Source: an uncultured virus (IMG/VR IMGVR_UViG_3300027770_000003)
Lineage: Duplodnaviria > Heunggongvirae > Uroviricota > Caudoviricetes
IMG/VR virus record: IMGVR_UViG_3300027770_000003
Direction: 5' to 3' (one strand)
DNA: 36,582 nt
Below, piece after piece: positions 1 through 8,107 of this stretch. The stretch's first letter is position 1. Every line of letters begins with the position of its first letter. Below the pieces are notes generated by a model. That model had not been told where the DNA came from. It did not search any database and saw nothing but the letters and a program-made list of their open reading frames with translations. The position numbers were made by a program, and so were the translations under genes.

Positions 1-672
1 TGGACGAAGCATTCTATTCATTGTTTCTTTTGTGTAATTGGTGTGCGTAAGTAAAGGATGTGTTTTTGCTAAACCAATTGCTCCCATATCTGCTGATCCT
101 GGTTGATCAAAGTCAGCAACCCAAGGACCAGCAAGAGTTGTGCGGTGCCACGGAACATCTGACCACATGTTTGATCTAATTGCAGGAATTAATCCTAGTT
201 CTCTAGAAGCCCGTGCACCAGAACGAGTTTGTTGCACAGCCAAAGCCCCAGCAAACTGTGGATTTTCAGCCCAGTACGCAGACCTCGTTTGCTTTGCTAA
301 TTCCGCAGCACTGTTTGGGCGAGCCATGTGTCCACCAGTTGCATTACATAGTTTTGTACACTCTGGTGTTCGGCAACCAGCACAAGCGTCAAACGAACCG
401 CTGCTGGTTGCTTGTGCCAAAGACATACCCATTTGATGAGTATGCGATACCAGTAACTCAGAGTGTGATGCGTTCTTAGCAATTTTTCTATTTGCGCTTG
501 TTTTCCTAGGATCCATATCAGAGATCATGGTAAGACCTGCGCCAGACCCCCTAGACTTTTTAAAGTCATTCCAATCTTTTTCAACCTTAAGAGGGTTTTC
601 CATTGCCGATCTGTATTCTGACTCGCTGACGGAGTTAACAATGTCAGTTAATGAAGGAAGTTTCTTTGCCAC
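1..672 (-). CDS. GP88-like Cys-motif protein (possible Fe-S/radical-SAM-like fold), 3' end outside window
   Basis: Not in the ORF track. Hand translation from GTG at 672 is open to the window edge: MAKKLPSLTD...NRKIAKN...SLAQATSSGSFDACAGCRTPECTKLCNATGG...PAIRSNMWSDVPW...THTNYTK, resembling the phage GP88 pattern (NxK, C..CxxxC, RxNxxSD, YTK). Confidence 0.65.
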   Translation of the reverse strand, partial: MAKKLPSLTDIVNSVSESEYRSAMENPLKVEKDWNDFKKSRGSGAGLTMISDMDPRKTSANRKIAKNASHSELLVSHTHQMGMSLAQATSSGSFDACAGCRTPECTKLCNATGGHMARPNSAAELAKQTRSAYWAENPQFAGALAVQQTRSGARASRELGLIPAIRSNMWSDVPWHRTTLAGPWVADFDQPGSADMGAIGLAKTHPLLTHTNYTKETMNRMLRP

Positions 673-675
673 AAA

Positions 676-1212
676 TTACCCCTGATAGTCGTACTGGTCT
701 TTGCGACCTTTGTTAACATGGATTGAACGCCTACGCATATCTACTGCCTTGAGGAGTCGCCCTTCCTCTTCAGGTTGCACAGTGTCTTTTGCCTTGCGGT
801 CAAGTGCAGGTTCTTGACTTGAAAAAGCAGCATCAACAGGGTCACCTTCTTGAGCAGTTGGTGTGTAGGCAAATTGAGATTCTTGTAATGTCTCCATACC
901 GACAAGGTTTTTAGGAACGGCATACCCTGTTGGCTGGAATGTATTTACAGCACCACTACTCTTTAAGTAACTACTGAGGATAAATGGGTGTCGCCGTTCA
1001 CGGATTGTTGGTGGGGGTGCGGCACGAAAAGATGCTTGGAATTCACCCAGACGACTTGGGAACATATATTGTCCCTGTGCTGACAGTCCATAATTTTGGG
1101 CAATGCCTACTGCTAGATCATCGGTTGATGTTAGGGCAGACGAAGTAGAAGTATCACTACCTACATCGCTATCTGATCCGTAATCAACAGAGGCATCACC
1201 ACTGTCGGACAT
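676..1212 (-). CDS. hypothetical protein with Ser/Asp-rich N-terminus
   Basis: 178 aa ORF packed within 2-3 nt of its neighbours in the terminase operon. Confidence 0.7.
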   Translation of the reverse strand: MSDSGDASVDYGSDSDVGSDTSTSSALTSTDDLAVGIAQNYGLSAQGQYMFPSRLGEFQASFRAAPPPTIRERRHPFILSSYLKSSGAVNTFQPTGYAVPKNLVGMETLQESQFAYTPTAQEGDPVDAAFSSQEPALDRKAKDTVQPEEEGRLLKAVDMRRRSIHVNKGRKDQYDYQG

Positions 1213-1214
1213 GA

Positions 1215-1616
1215 TTAGTCGTTAACAACCGTCACGTTAGGGCGGTTCATATGACCACCCGAGTTGTAGGAGTATTCCCACTTAGGCATGTCATCGCCAG
1301 CCATTGCACCTTCAACAAACTCTGAAAGTACGGATGGGGCTTCAACCCATGATGCCGAGCCAACATGTGCTCGCTCACGCATGGTGTCTGCTGCATGCTT
1401 GTAAAACATTTCAGGGTTGTTATGGTTCATTCGCATTGGCGAAGGAGCGGTGTCCTCGTATGCGCCTTGACCAAAGTCGTTTGGAACGTCAGTGTCAGTT
1501 GCTACACCTTCTTCAAAACGCAAAGGTCCTTTATTGCCTGGAATGCTTGGAGCCATCGTGCGCTCAAACATTGATCCGTCCCGCTCTGGGAACATAGGTG
1601 ATGGTGCTACTGTCAT
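1215..1616 (-). CDS. hypothetical phage protein downstream of terminase
   Basis: 133 aa ORF with GAGGAG SD upstream; function not recognised. Confidence 0.8.
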   Translation of the reverse strand: MTVAPSPMFPERDGSMFERTMAPSIPGNKGPLRFEEGVATDTDVPNDFGQGAYEDTAPSPMRMNHNNPEMFYKHAADTMRERAHVGSASWVEAPSVLSEFVEGAMAGDDMPKWEYSYNSGGHMNRPNVTVVND

Positions 1617-1657
1617 GAGTTACTCCTCATAGATAAGGGTTTCCTTAAAGAATATCA

Positions 1658-3223
1658 CTAATTGAAGAACGGATTCTCACCAACTTGAATAGTAGGCATA
1701 GTATCATGAACTGTCATAGCGCAGGCAAGGGCCAAGGAATCTGGGTAGTCATCAAAAGCGCCCTTTTCATTAGGGGCTTCTGCCAACATATAAGGACCCC
1801 GATACACCTTTTCAAGATCGTTCATTTGTTGATTAAATCTTTTCCAATTTCTTGTCCTACGGGCCTTGGAGTGACCAGGGATGACTAATTGTTCTCGCTG
1901 AATAAGTTCAGTTAAATGAATCCATCTTTCGTTCTGAGCCTTAGAGTCAGAACTCATTGCTATAACTTCCCTGTCGGGCATAAGTATCTTTAGGCGCTCT
2001 GCGACTGCTCCACCCACTCCCTGAGAATCCACCCCAATTCTAAAGACATCATAGTTTCTCAGAAAGTCAATAATTTGGAAGTATTGCTGTTCCCATTCTT
2101 CGTTGTTTATTTCTAGCCAATTAAGAATACGGTGTTCGTAAAAGCCAAAAGGATCGGCATGATCCCAATCCACCCAAACTACCGTGACAACAGTAGAGTC
2201 ATTAGATCGGGCAACGTCAATACCAACTACTACAGGTGTTCTCCACCACTGCTTGACCATAGGCATGGATGAGTCATATAACCGCTCCATTCGTTCTTCA
2301 GTAACGAACATACCCTTTTCAAGCATCCAACGATTGCAGTAGGACATCTGGAACTCATCAGAGTCCTCACCAATACGAAGTTTTTCTTTAGATATAAACT
2401 TTCCGTAGTTAGAGTTATATTTGGAAGCAACACGATGGTCGTACTCAAAGTGGCATTCTCGGATGCCCTTCTTACTTTGAGTTGTCCTTCTCTTGTTGTA
2501 CTGAATCATCTTGTAGAAATAAGACTTAGTTCTGGAAGCAGTTCCAGTAAGCATGATGCTTCCGTTGTTAAACGCCAACATAGGTTTGATTGACTTGGTA
2601 ATCATAAACTCATCGGCTTCTTGAGCCTCGTCAATAAGTACGAAGTGATAGGTCTTAGATTCAATCTTTGCCTTTGGGTTACAAGTTTGCATTCGGCAAA
2701 GTGAGCCAGAGCGCTTCATCGTAATGATCTTTCCCTTACCACGAGTACCACCAGATGCTGCTTTGTCATCAATCTCTGGATCAAGTAAGAAACTCATTGC
2801 GTGGTCACTGGTTAGGCGATTAACAATACGCCCAAAGACCGTATCTGCCTGATCTTCGGTAGGCGCAAATACTCCAACCCAAAATCCCTTATCAAACTTA
2901 GACAACCATGTTGGGTAGACCTTGGCAAGTTTAGGAAGGATAACCATTTGCGCTGCAAGCACGTTAGACAGCACTTCTGATTTACCACTTTGACGAGTTG
3001 CGATAAGCGTAATTTCCTCACCGTCACCAAGAACTATAGATTCAATGATTCGGTAGGCAATAGGTATTTGATACGGAAAGAACTCAACATCACAAAATTG
3101 TTCAGTAAATAACACTAACTTGGTAACTAACTGGTCTACAAATTCAGCAGAGGTTTCATCAAGTTCTTCGCCTATATCCTCGGGTAGTAACTCAGATTCT
3201 TCTTCAGTTAGTGTTTCAGCCAT
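1658..3223 (-). CDS. terL: terminase large subunit
   Basis: Walker A ATRQSGKS, Walker B VLIDEAQ, motif III LTGT, RNase H-like nuclease acidic motifs GIDVARSND and DDYPDSLA. Confidence 0.95.
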   Translation of the reverse strand: MAETLTEEESELLPEDIGEELDETSAEFVDQLVTKLVLFTEQFCDVEFFPYQIPIAYRIIESIVLGDGEEITLIATRQSGKSEVLSNVLAAQMVILPKLAKVYPTWLSKFDKGFWVGVFAPTEDQADTVFGRIVNRLTSDHAMSFLLDPEIDDKAASGGTRGKGKIITMKRSGSLCRMQTCNPKAKIESKTYHFVLIDEAQEADEFMITKSIKPMLAFNNGSIMLTGTASRTKSYFYKMIQYNKRRTTQSKKGIRECHFEYDHRVASKYNSNYGKFISKEKLRIGEDSDEFQMSYCNRWMLEKGMFVTEERMERLYDSSMPMVKQWWRTPVVVGIDVARSNDSTVVTVVWVDWDHADPFGFYEHRILNWLEINNEEWEQQYFQIIDFLRNYDVFRIGVDSQGVGGAVAERLKILMPDREVIAMSSDSKAQNERWIHLTELIQREQLVIPGHSKARRTRNWKRFNQQMNDLEKVYRGPYMLAEAPNEKGAFDDYPDSLALACAMTVHDTMPTIQVGENPFFN

Positions 3224-3225
3224 AC

Positions 3226-3489
3226 TTAATAGGCTACACCATCTCCAAAATCAAACTGTAGTTGATCTGGATTGGGCAACTTTGGCTGATATATAGCCTT
3301 CATTTCCGCTAGTTCGTCAGCAAGGTTTTCCACCTGTAGGATAAAATCGTACATGTCCTCAGTGTTTGCTACTAGTTGATAATCTATTCTTTTTATTAGT
3401 CCGTTATGTGGAAACGCATTAATCCTATTGGCTATGTTTCTAGCGAGGACAATTGTCTTATCCATCTTTAGTTCTTCAGGCATTCTCAT
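3226..3489 (-). CDS. hypothetical protein
   Basis: ORF 3226..3543; start moved to the ATG at 3489, which overlaps the upstream stop (ATGA). Confidence 0.65.
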   Translation of the reverse strand: MRMPEELKMDKTIVLARNIANRINAFPHNGLIKRIDYQLVANTEDMYDFILQVENLADELAEMKAIYQPKLPNPDQLQFDFGDGVAY

Positions 3490-3731
3490 TTTGTAATCCT
3501 GCTTTCCAGTTCGGTCCAAATTATCTGTAATGCCTCCACACAATCACGTACTTCACTGGATGGAGAACTCTTATATCGCCAACCATCAAAGGTTGATCCA
3601 AGAGACATGATGGTGGTATCCATCCATGTGTAGAGCGATGGTGTATCTAGGCGAGATGCTCGCTGTTGCGCTTTACTTAGGGGCAGATCTTTAAGACTTT
3701 TTGGATTCTTTTTAAAAAAACCTATCTCCAT
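3486..3731 (-). CDS. hypothetical protein
   Basis: 81 aa ORF overlapping both neighbours. Confidence 0.7.
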   Translation of the reverse strand: MEIGFFKKNPKSLKDLPLSKAQQRASRLDTPSLYTWMDTTIMSLGSTFDGWRYKSSPSSEVRDCVEALQIIWTELESRITK

Positions 3732-3997
3732 ATTGATATCTCCGCTGTAGTTGTGTCTAGTATTCGCCCCTCAACTGCCATGAGGATACCATCCATTTCG
3801 TTACCCACCTCATGCTTTGTACAAAAACCAAATTGAAATATGAATTTGCCAAACTTGATTTGTGGACCTCTTCCTGTTCTCCAATATCCACCAAGTTCTT
3901 TAGTCCAACCGATACACATGCGTGGTGTATGGGTTGTAGCCGTATCCCTAACTATCCAGTAGATACGACCAAATCCGTGAACAATGTTTAAACGCAT
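3722..3997 (-). CDS. hypothetical protein
   Basis: 91 aa ORF with TAGACT -10 box 6 nt before the ATG. Confidence 0.7.
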   Translation of the reverse strand: MRLNIVHGFGRIYWIVRDTATTHTPRMCIGWTKELGGYWRTGRGPQIKFGKFIFQFGFCTKHEVGNEMDGILMAVEGRILDTTTAEISIWR

Positions 3998-4003
3998 GCT
4001 TGC

Positions 4004-4009
4004 AGTCTA
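4004..4009 (-). promoter_or_regulatory. -10 box of leaderless promoter for the terminase operon
   Basis: TAGACT-GCAAGC-ATG(3997). Confidence 0.55.
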
Positions 4010-4017
4010 GTCAGACT

Positions 4018-4584
4018 TTAAGAACCCCAGTCAAACGGAAGTTGCATATTATCTTTATCTTGTTTTTCAATTTTGGGAAATGTGGGGTCTGTTGCCTGCT
4101 GTTGGCTAAATGCTCCGTGCTGAAACTTTGCACCAAGCGGAGTTGCTGCTGGTTGTGAGAAGTGTTTAGCGTCCCCTTTAACGTACCCCCCACTCATTCC
4201 TCCAGTATTGAAAGTCTTACCTTTGGAGAGTGCTTCATAAAAACCTATGGCTTGGTACACAGGGACATTATTAAATACATACTGTGTTGGGTTTTTCCTG
4301 CCCGCTTTTCCACGAAAGTCCATATAGATGTCACCAGTAAGCGTGTCTGGATTAAAGAAGTACTGGACAAATGTAAAGCGGGTACTATCTTGTCCGTTAG
4401 TGTTTTCGCCCAACATTGAGTCGGTAGCGTTATCTGTTCCCCCAGATGTAGCAGTCCAAGGATCAAAGTTTTCTTCTTTATTAAAGAGTGCTTCTTTTGT
4501 TTTATCGTCAGCATAGACAAAAGCCTGTAATGAGTCTTGAATGCGAGTTCTTCCTGCGCTACCTAGTCCTCGTGCTTTTGCCAT
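4018..4584 (-). CDS. KTSC-like domain protein
   Basis: STRFTFVQYF...IYMDF...QYVFNNVPVYQAIGFYEALSKGKTFN matches the KTSC pattern (YxYxxVP...SKGxxFN). Confidence 0.65.
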   Translation of the reverse strand: MAKARGLGSAGRTRIQDSLQAFVYADDKTKEALFNKEENFDPWTATSGGTDNATDSMLGENTNGQDSTRFTFVQYFFNPDTLTGDIYMDFRGKAGRKNPTQYVFNNVPVYQAIGFYEALSKGKTFNTGGMSGGYVKGDAKHFSQPAATPLGAKFQHGAFSQQQATDPTFPKIEKQDKDNMQLPFDWGS

Positions 4585-4590
4585 GCCCTA

Positions 4591-4596
4591 ATTATA
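4591..4596 (-). promoter_or_regulatory. -10 box of leaderless promoter
   Basis: TATAAT-TAGGGC-ATG(4584). Confidence 0.65.
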
Positions 4597-4621
4597 GATT
4601 ACTTCCCTAAGAAGTAGTTTA

Positions 4622-5488
4622 TTACCTTTGTGCCCGTACAGCCCTTGCAATTCCTTCTTCAAGGGATATCTTTGGGGTGTAGAAAGAAAGCATTTTTGTA
4701 GGGTCGCAAACGCGATATTGGACACCTTCTGGTGCTCCAATTATTCTTTCAAACTCAGGAGAGTAACCGCATTCAGTTGTTACTAAAGTTGCCAAGTCAT
4801 TAAATGAGGTAACTCGCCCAAGCCCTAAATTTACTGGACCTTGTATGTCTTGTTGTACGGCTTCTAGTGTTGCCGCAACAACGTCTTCCATGTGTATAAA
4901 ATCTCTTACTTGATTTCCTGAACCCCAAATTTTAAATGGATTTGCTTTTTCAACACCACGTTTAATAAATGACGGGAAAGGGTAGTCAAGCGACTGGTCC
5001 TGCCCATACCCAGAAAACGGACGGAATACATGGACTCTCAGCCCTTCATTTTCTGCATAACTTGCAAGCATCTCTCCAGTTAGTTTTGCCCAACCGTATG
5101 TGTAGTCAGGAGATTGAATGTTGTTTAAATCAATATCCGACTCAGTTAGGTGGTGCGTAGAGCCATAATCTTGTAATTTTATTGGATAAGCAGCCGAAGA
5201 AGAATAATAAATAATCTTTCCTGGTTTTGTTCTTAACGCCCACTGAAACAATTCAGAATCAATTGCGAGGTCTACTGCGACAGACAATGGCTCACCCTCT
5301 ATGGTTGCTCGTCCTCCAACAATTGCCGCTAAGTGAACAACAAGGTCAAAGTGTGTTTCATCTGTTGCAAAAAACTTACGAGCATCTATTCCGTTTTTTA
5401 TGTCTACACCTGTGATGTCATGACCATCAAGCGCTTTGTGGAAATATCCCCCAACAAACCCTGCATTGCCAGTAATAAGAATTTTCAT
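4622..5488 (-). CDS. NAD-dependent NDP-sugar epimerase/dehydratase (extended SDR)
   Basis: ILITGNAGFVG Rossmann motif, HLAA, SSSAAY, catalytic YGWAK (YxxxK), RDFIH. Confidence 0.93.
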   Translation of the reverse strand: MKILITGNAGFVGGYFHKALDGHDITGVDIKNGIDARKFFATDETHFDLVVHLAAIVGGRATIEGEPLSVAVDLAIDSELFQWALRTKPGKIIYYSSSAAYPIKLQDYGSTHHLTESDIDLNNIQSPDYTYGWAKLTGEMLASYAENEGLRVHVFRPFSGYGQDQSLDYPFPSFIKRGVEKANPFKIWGSGNQVRDFIHMEDVVAATLEAVQQDIQGPVNLGLGRVTSFNDLATLVTTECGYSPEFERIIGAPEGVQYRVCDPTKMLSFYTPKISLEEGIARAVRAQR

Positions 5489-6045
5489 TTACATCCCCAC
5501 ATTCCATATATGTATGGTTCGTCAAATACTGTCGTGTCCAGCATAACAAAAACATCTGGAGTCCAACCAGCATTCTTCAGAAGCATCTCAACATCTTGCT
5601 TACCCCAAGCCCAGTAGTGCTCATCGTTCGTGTCATACCAAGCATCAATTGGGGTTGAAAGGATTAGTGTTTGTGATTTACTTCTTATTAGTTTTAGGAC
5701 TGAACTTGGGTCTTCAACATGCTCAATGCTTTCTGAACAAATATACAAGTCTACGTTTTCAATATTTTTTAAATTAACTTCAAGCGGACCAGAGTATTCA
5801 TATCCTTCTGCATAATCGCCAAGTATGGTCTTCTCAACATCCAATGCTTTGGCAATTGCACCATTACCACAACTCAGGTCAGCAACTGATTTTGCTTCTG
5901 CTTGATAGGCCATATCCTTAGCAAGTTGTATTGTCATGTTTACACGAATGCCATGCCCTCGCCCATAGATTACATGGTCGTGTGGTGTAGCGTATATTTC
6001 TGCTAATTCTTCAGCAGTGTAAAACTCCCGTAACTTCTTTATCAC
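5485..6045 (-). CDS. class I SAM-dependent methyltransferase
   Basis: VADLSCGNG motif I, ESIEHVEDP, LILSTP. Confidence 0.8.
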   Translation of the reverse strand: MIKKLREFYTAEELAEIYATPHDHVIYGRGHGIRVNMTIQLAKDMAYQAEAKSVADLSCGNGAIAKALDVEKTILGDYAEGYEYSGPLEVNLKNIENVDLYICSESIEHVEDPSSVLKLIRSKSQTLILSTPIDAWYDTNDEHYWAWGKQDVEMLLKNAGWTPDVFVMLDTTVFDEPYIYGMWGCK

Positions 6046-6752
6046 CTATGGACCGTCATGTCATGACCACGGGTTTCAATTGCGCCGACTGCTACAGGGT
6101 AATGTACTGCTTCACAATCTTCCCGTACATACGTTGGAATGTGTAGGTAGTTAAGAGCATCGTGGTGGAAACACGGGTCATCTGACATGTTTGCATCAAA
6201 ATCCCATCGCCAGCGAATACCAGAAAACACAGACCTTGCTATAAAGATTGCAGCGGCGGAAGCCATTGCATTCATTACTGGGTATGGGTATGCCTCAACA
6301 TACGGACCACGTAAGCCGTATGTTGAAATGTACGGAGCGCACAATGGGTGATCCATTTCAAGCATCCTTGGAAGAATGTCATCAGGTGGCATACAATCGG
6401 CAGCCATAAACAAAAGGTGTGTGCACCTTGGGTCTGACATTGCAAAATCGTTGACGAGACTCTGTCCCGCAGTGATATGTCGTACACGATTTTTGGTGGT
6501 AACTTCAGTCCTCTTGTCATCTAGTGAGTACGTCCAGTATGTTCCACCAATGGCTTCAAGGCGTTCAACAAACGGTTTAAAAGGTTCTAAACCACGAGCG
6601 TCTACTTGGATCGCTGCAAAGTATGTAACATCAGTCCAATTTCCAAACTGTTGGTATTTTTCTTTTACCTGTTCTGCATTTTTCATCCAAGAACCCCAAT
6701 GGTCCTCATTGTCCATTACAAATGCTGCAAGTGTTGTTCCTACGACTATCAT
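6042..6752 (-). CDS. GT-A fold (family 2-like) glycosyltransferase
   Basis: THLLFMAADC (degenerate DxD), SDDPCF; start set at MIVVG, an ATGA overlap with the upstream stop. Confidence 0.55.
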   Translation of the reverse strand: MIVVGTTLAAFVMDNEDHWGSWMKNAEQVKEKYQQFGNWTDVTYFAAIQVDARGLEPFKPFVERLEAIGGTYWTYSLDDKRTEVTTKNRVRHITAGQSLVNDFAMSDPRCTHLLFMAADCMPPDDILPRMLEMDHPLCAPYISTYGLRGPYVEAYPYPVMNAMASAAAIFIARSVFSGIRWRWDFDANMSDDPCFHHDALNYLHIPTYVREDCEAVHYPVAVGAIETRGHDMTVHR

Positions 6753-7831
6753 AACTCCAGTATCCTTTCCATAACATTGTTCCAATCTGATCCACGAACT
6801 TTTATAGAAAACGTATCTCTTACAATTTCATAGTTCAACATTGCTTCATCTTTCCTCATCTGTGGACTAATGAGTTCTCCAATATGGTATTCCCATTCTT
6901 CCGCAGTTCTTGCAATCCTACCCACACCCTTACTTGCGAGGTACTCATACTCTGGTGAGGGTGACGATATAAAAGGAACACCCGATCCTGCGTACTCTAA
7001 ACCTTTAATAAAGGATTTTGCATTATTAAACGGGATAGAACTTAAGGGAACTATACCGATATCAATTGGTACAAATATTTTGGGGTAATCAAGGATTGGA
7101 ACTAACGGCATGATTGTACATATGTCTTTTGCAACTCCTAGTTGCTCATATGCAAATGGGGCATTAGGGGTATGTCCTGAATGATGAAATTTAAGATTAT
7201 GTTTCTTAAATATGTTTTTCATAAATGGGCGCAGTTCCTCTAGATCACCAGATCTCCAAGGAGTTGCTCCAACCCACCCGACTACTGGTTTATGTTTGGA
7301 ATTATCTGTTCGCTTTTTCCAGCGTTCCATATCTAACCCATTACGAACTAGGAATACATTTTTACGTTTTGCTGCATAATAATCGTGTAGGAATGGGGTA
7401 GAAGTGATGACAGCGTCTGCTTCCATAATCATCTGGAAGTAATGATCTCGGTTATTCTCTTCATTTCTTCTAGGGTCAGTAGCATCAAAAGCACGATTAC
7501 TGGGGTCAAGCCCTTCAAAAAAGTCATCAATATCAACAACTATTTTCTGCCCTTTAGCCTGTGCTTCTCGTACATGCTGAGTAATGCTCTTACGCATTAC
7601 CAATTTAAATACAAGAATATCCCAACCATGTATGGATTGATCTTCATTTAATAATTGCCCGTACCCGTACTCGTCGCTCCAGCAGGGGAATCCCATCCCC
7701 ACCTTCCAGCCAAACTTCTCTAATTCACGCATGGGCAATAAGCATCGGTACCATGCACAGCCATTTGGTTGTAAAGGTTTTGTTCCAGTTGCCCAGTCGT
7801 ATGTTAAGAAACTAATCGTTTTTGTAGCCAT
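6749..7831 (-). CDS. GT-B fold (family 4-like) glycosyltransferase
   Basis: GCAWYRCLLP, VVDIDD, VGWVG, DIGIVPL...FNNAKSFIKGLEY...GVPFISS. Confidence 0.85.
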   Translation of the reverse strand: MATKTISFLTYDWATGTKPLQPNGCAWYRCLLPMRELEKFGWKVGMGFPCWSDEYGYGQLLNEDQSIHGWDILVFKLVMRKSITQHVREAQAKGQKIVVDIDDFFEGLDPSNRAFDATDPRRNEENNRDHYFQMIMEADAVITSTPFLHDYYAAKRKNVFLVRNGLDMERWKKRTDNSKHKPVVGWVGATPWRSGDLEELRPFMKNIFKKHNLKFHHSGHTPNAPFAYEQLGVAKDICTIMPLVPILDYPKIFVPIDIGIVPLSSIPFNNAKSFIKGLEYAGSGVPFISSPSPEYEYLASKGVGRIARTAEEWEYHIGELISPQMRKDEAMLNYEIVRDTFSIKVRGSDWNNVMERILEL

Positions 7832-7840
7832 TTTAACTTT

Positions 7841-8011
7841 CTACTCGTTGTCGTCATCCTTACCAATCAACCCACCGAAGTGTAGCGCAAGACCAACGAT
7901 GGTAATCCACACACCCATAGTTCTTGTTTCACCAGACAAGGTAATCAAGACTAAGCCAGTACCAGCCAAAGTCCAAGTCAACGCATGAAATTCATTCCAT
8001 AGTTTTTTCAC
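7841..8011 (-). CDS. small two-TM membrane protein (56 aa)
   Basis: Not in track. AAGGAG SD then GTG: MKKLWNEFHALTWTLAGTGLVLITLSGETRTMGVWITIVGLALHFGGLIGKDDDNE. Confidence 0.75.
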   Translation of the reverse strand: MKKLWNEFHALTWTLAGTGLVLITLSGETRTMGVWITIVGLALHFGGLIGKDDDNE

Positions 8012-8107
8012 AAACGCTCCTTAAAGCCTTAGTTAGTATTTATGCTGCTGGGATACCAAAAGGTAGTTTTCGCTTGTCTGAGAGGCTCCTAGAGGCCTCT
8101 GAGAGGA

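Noticed and set aside
140..482. Three short ORFs in the track at the left end
   Set aside because: All overlap the longer minus-strand frame 1..672.
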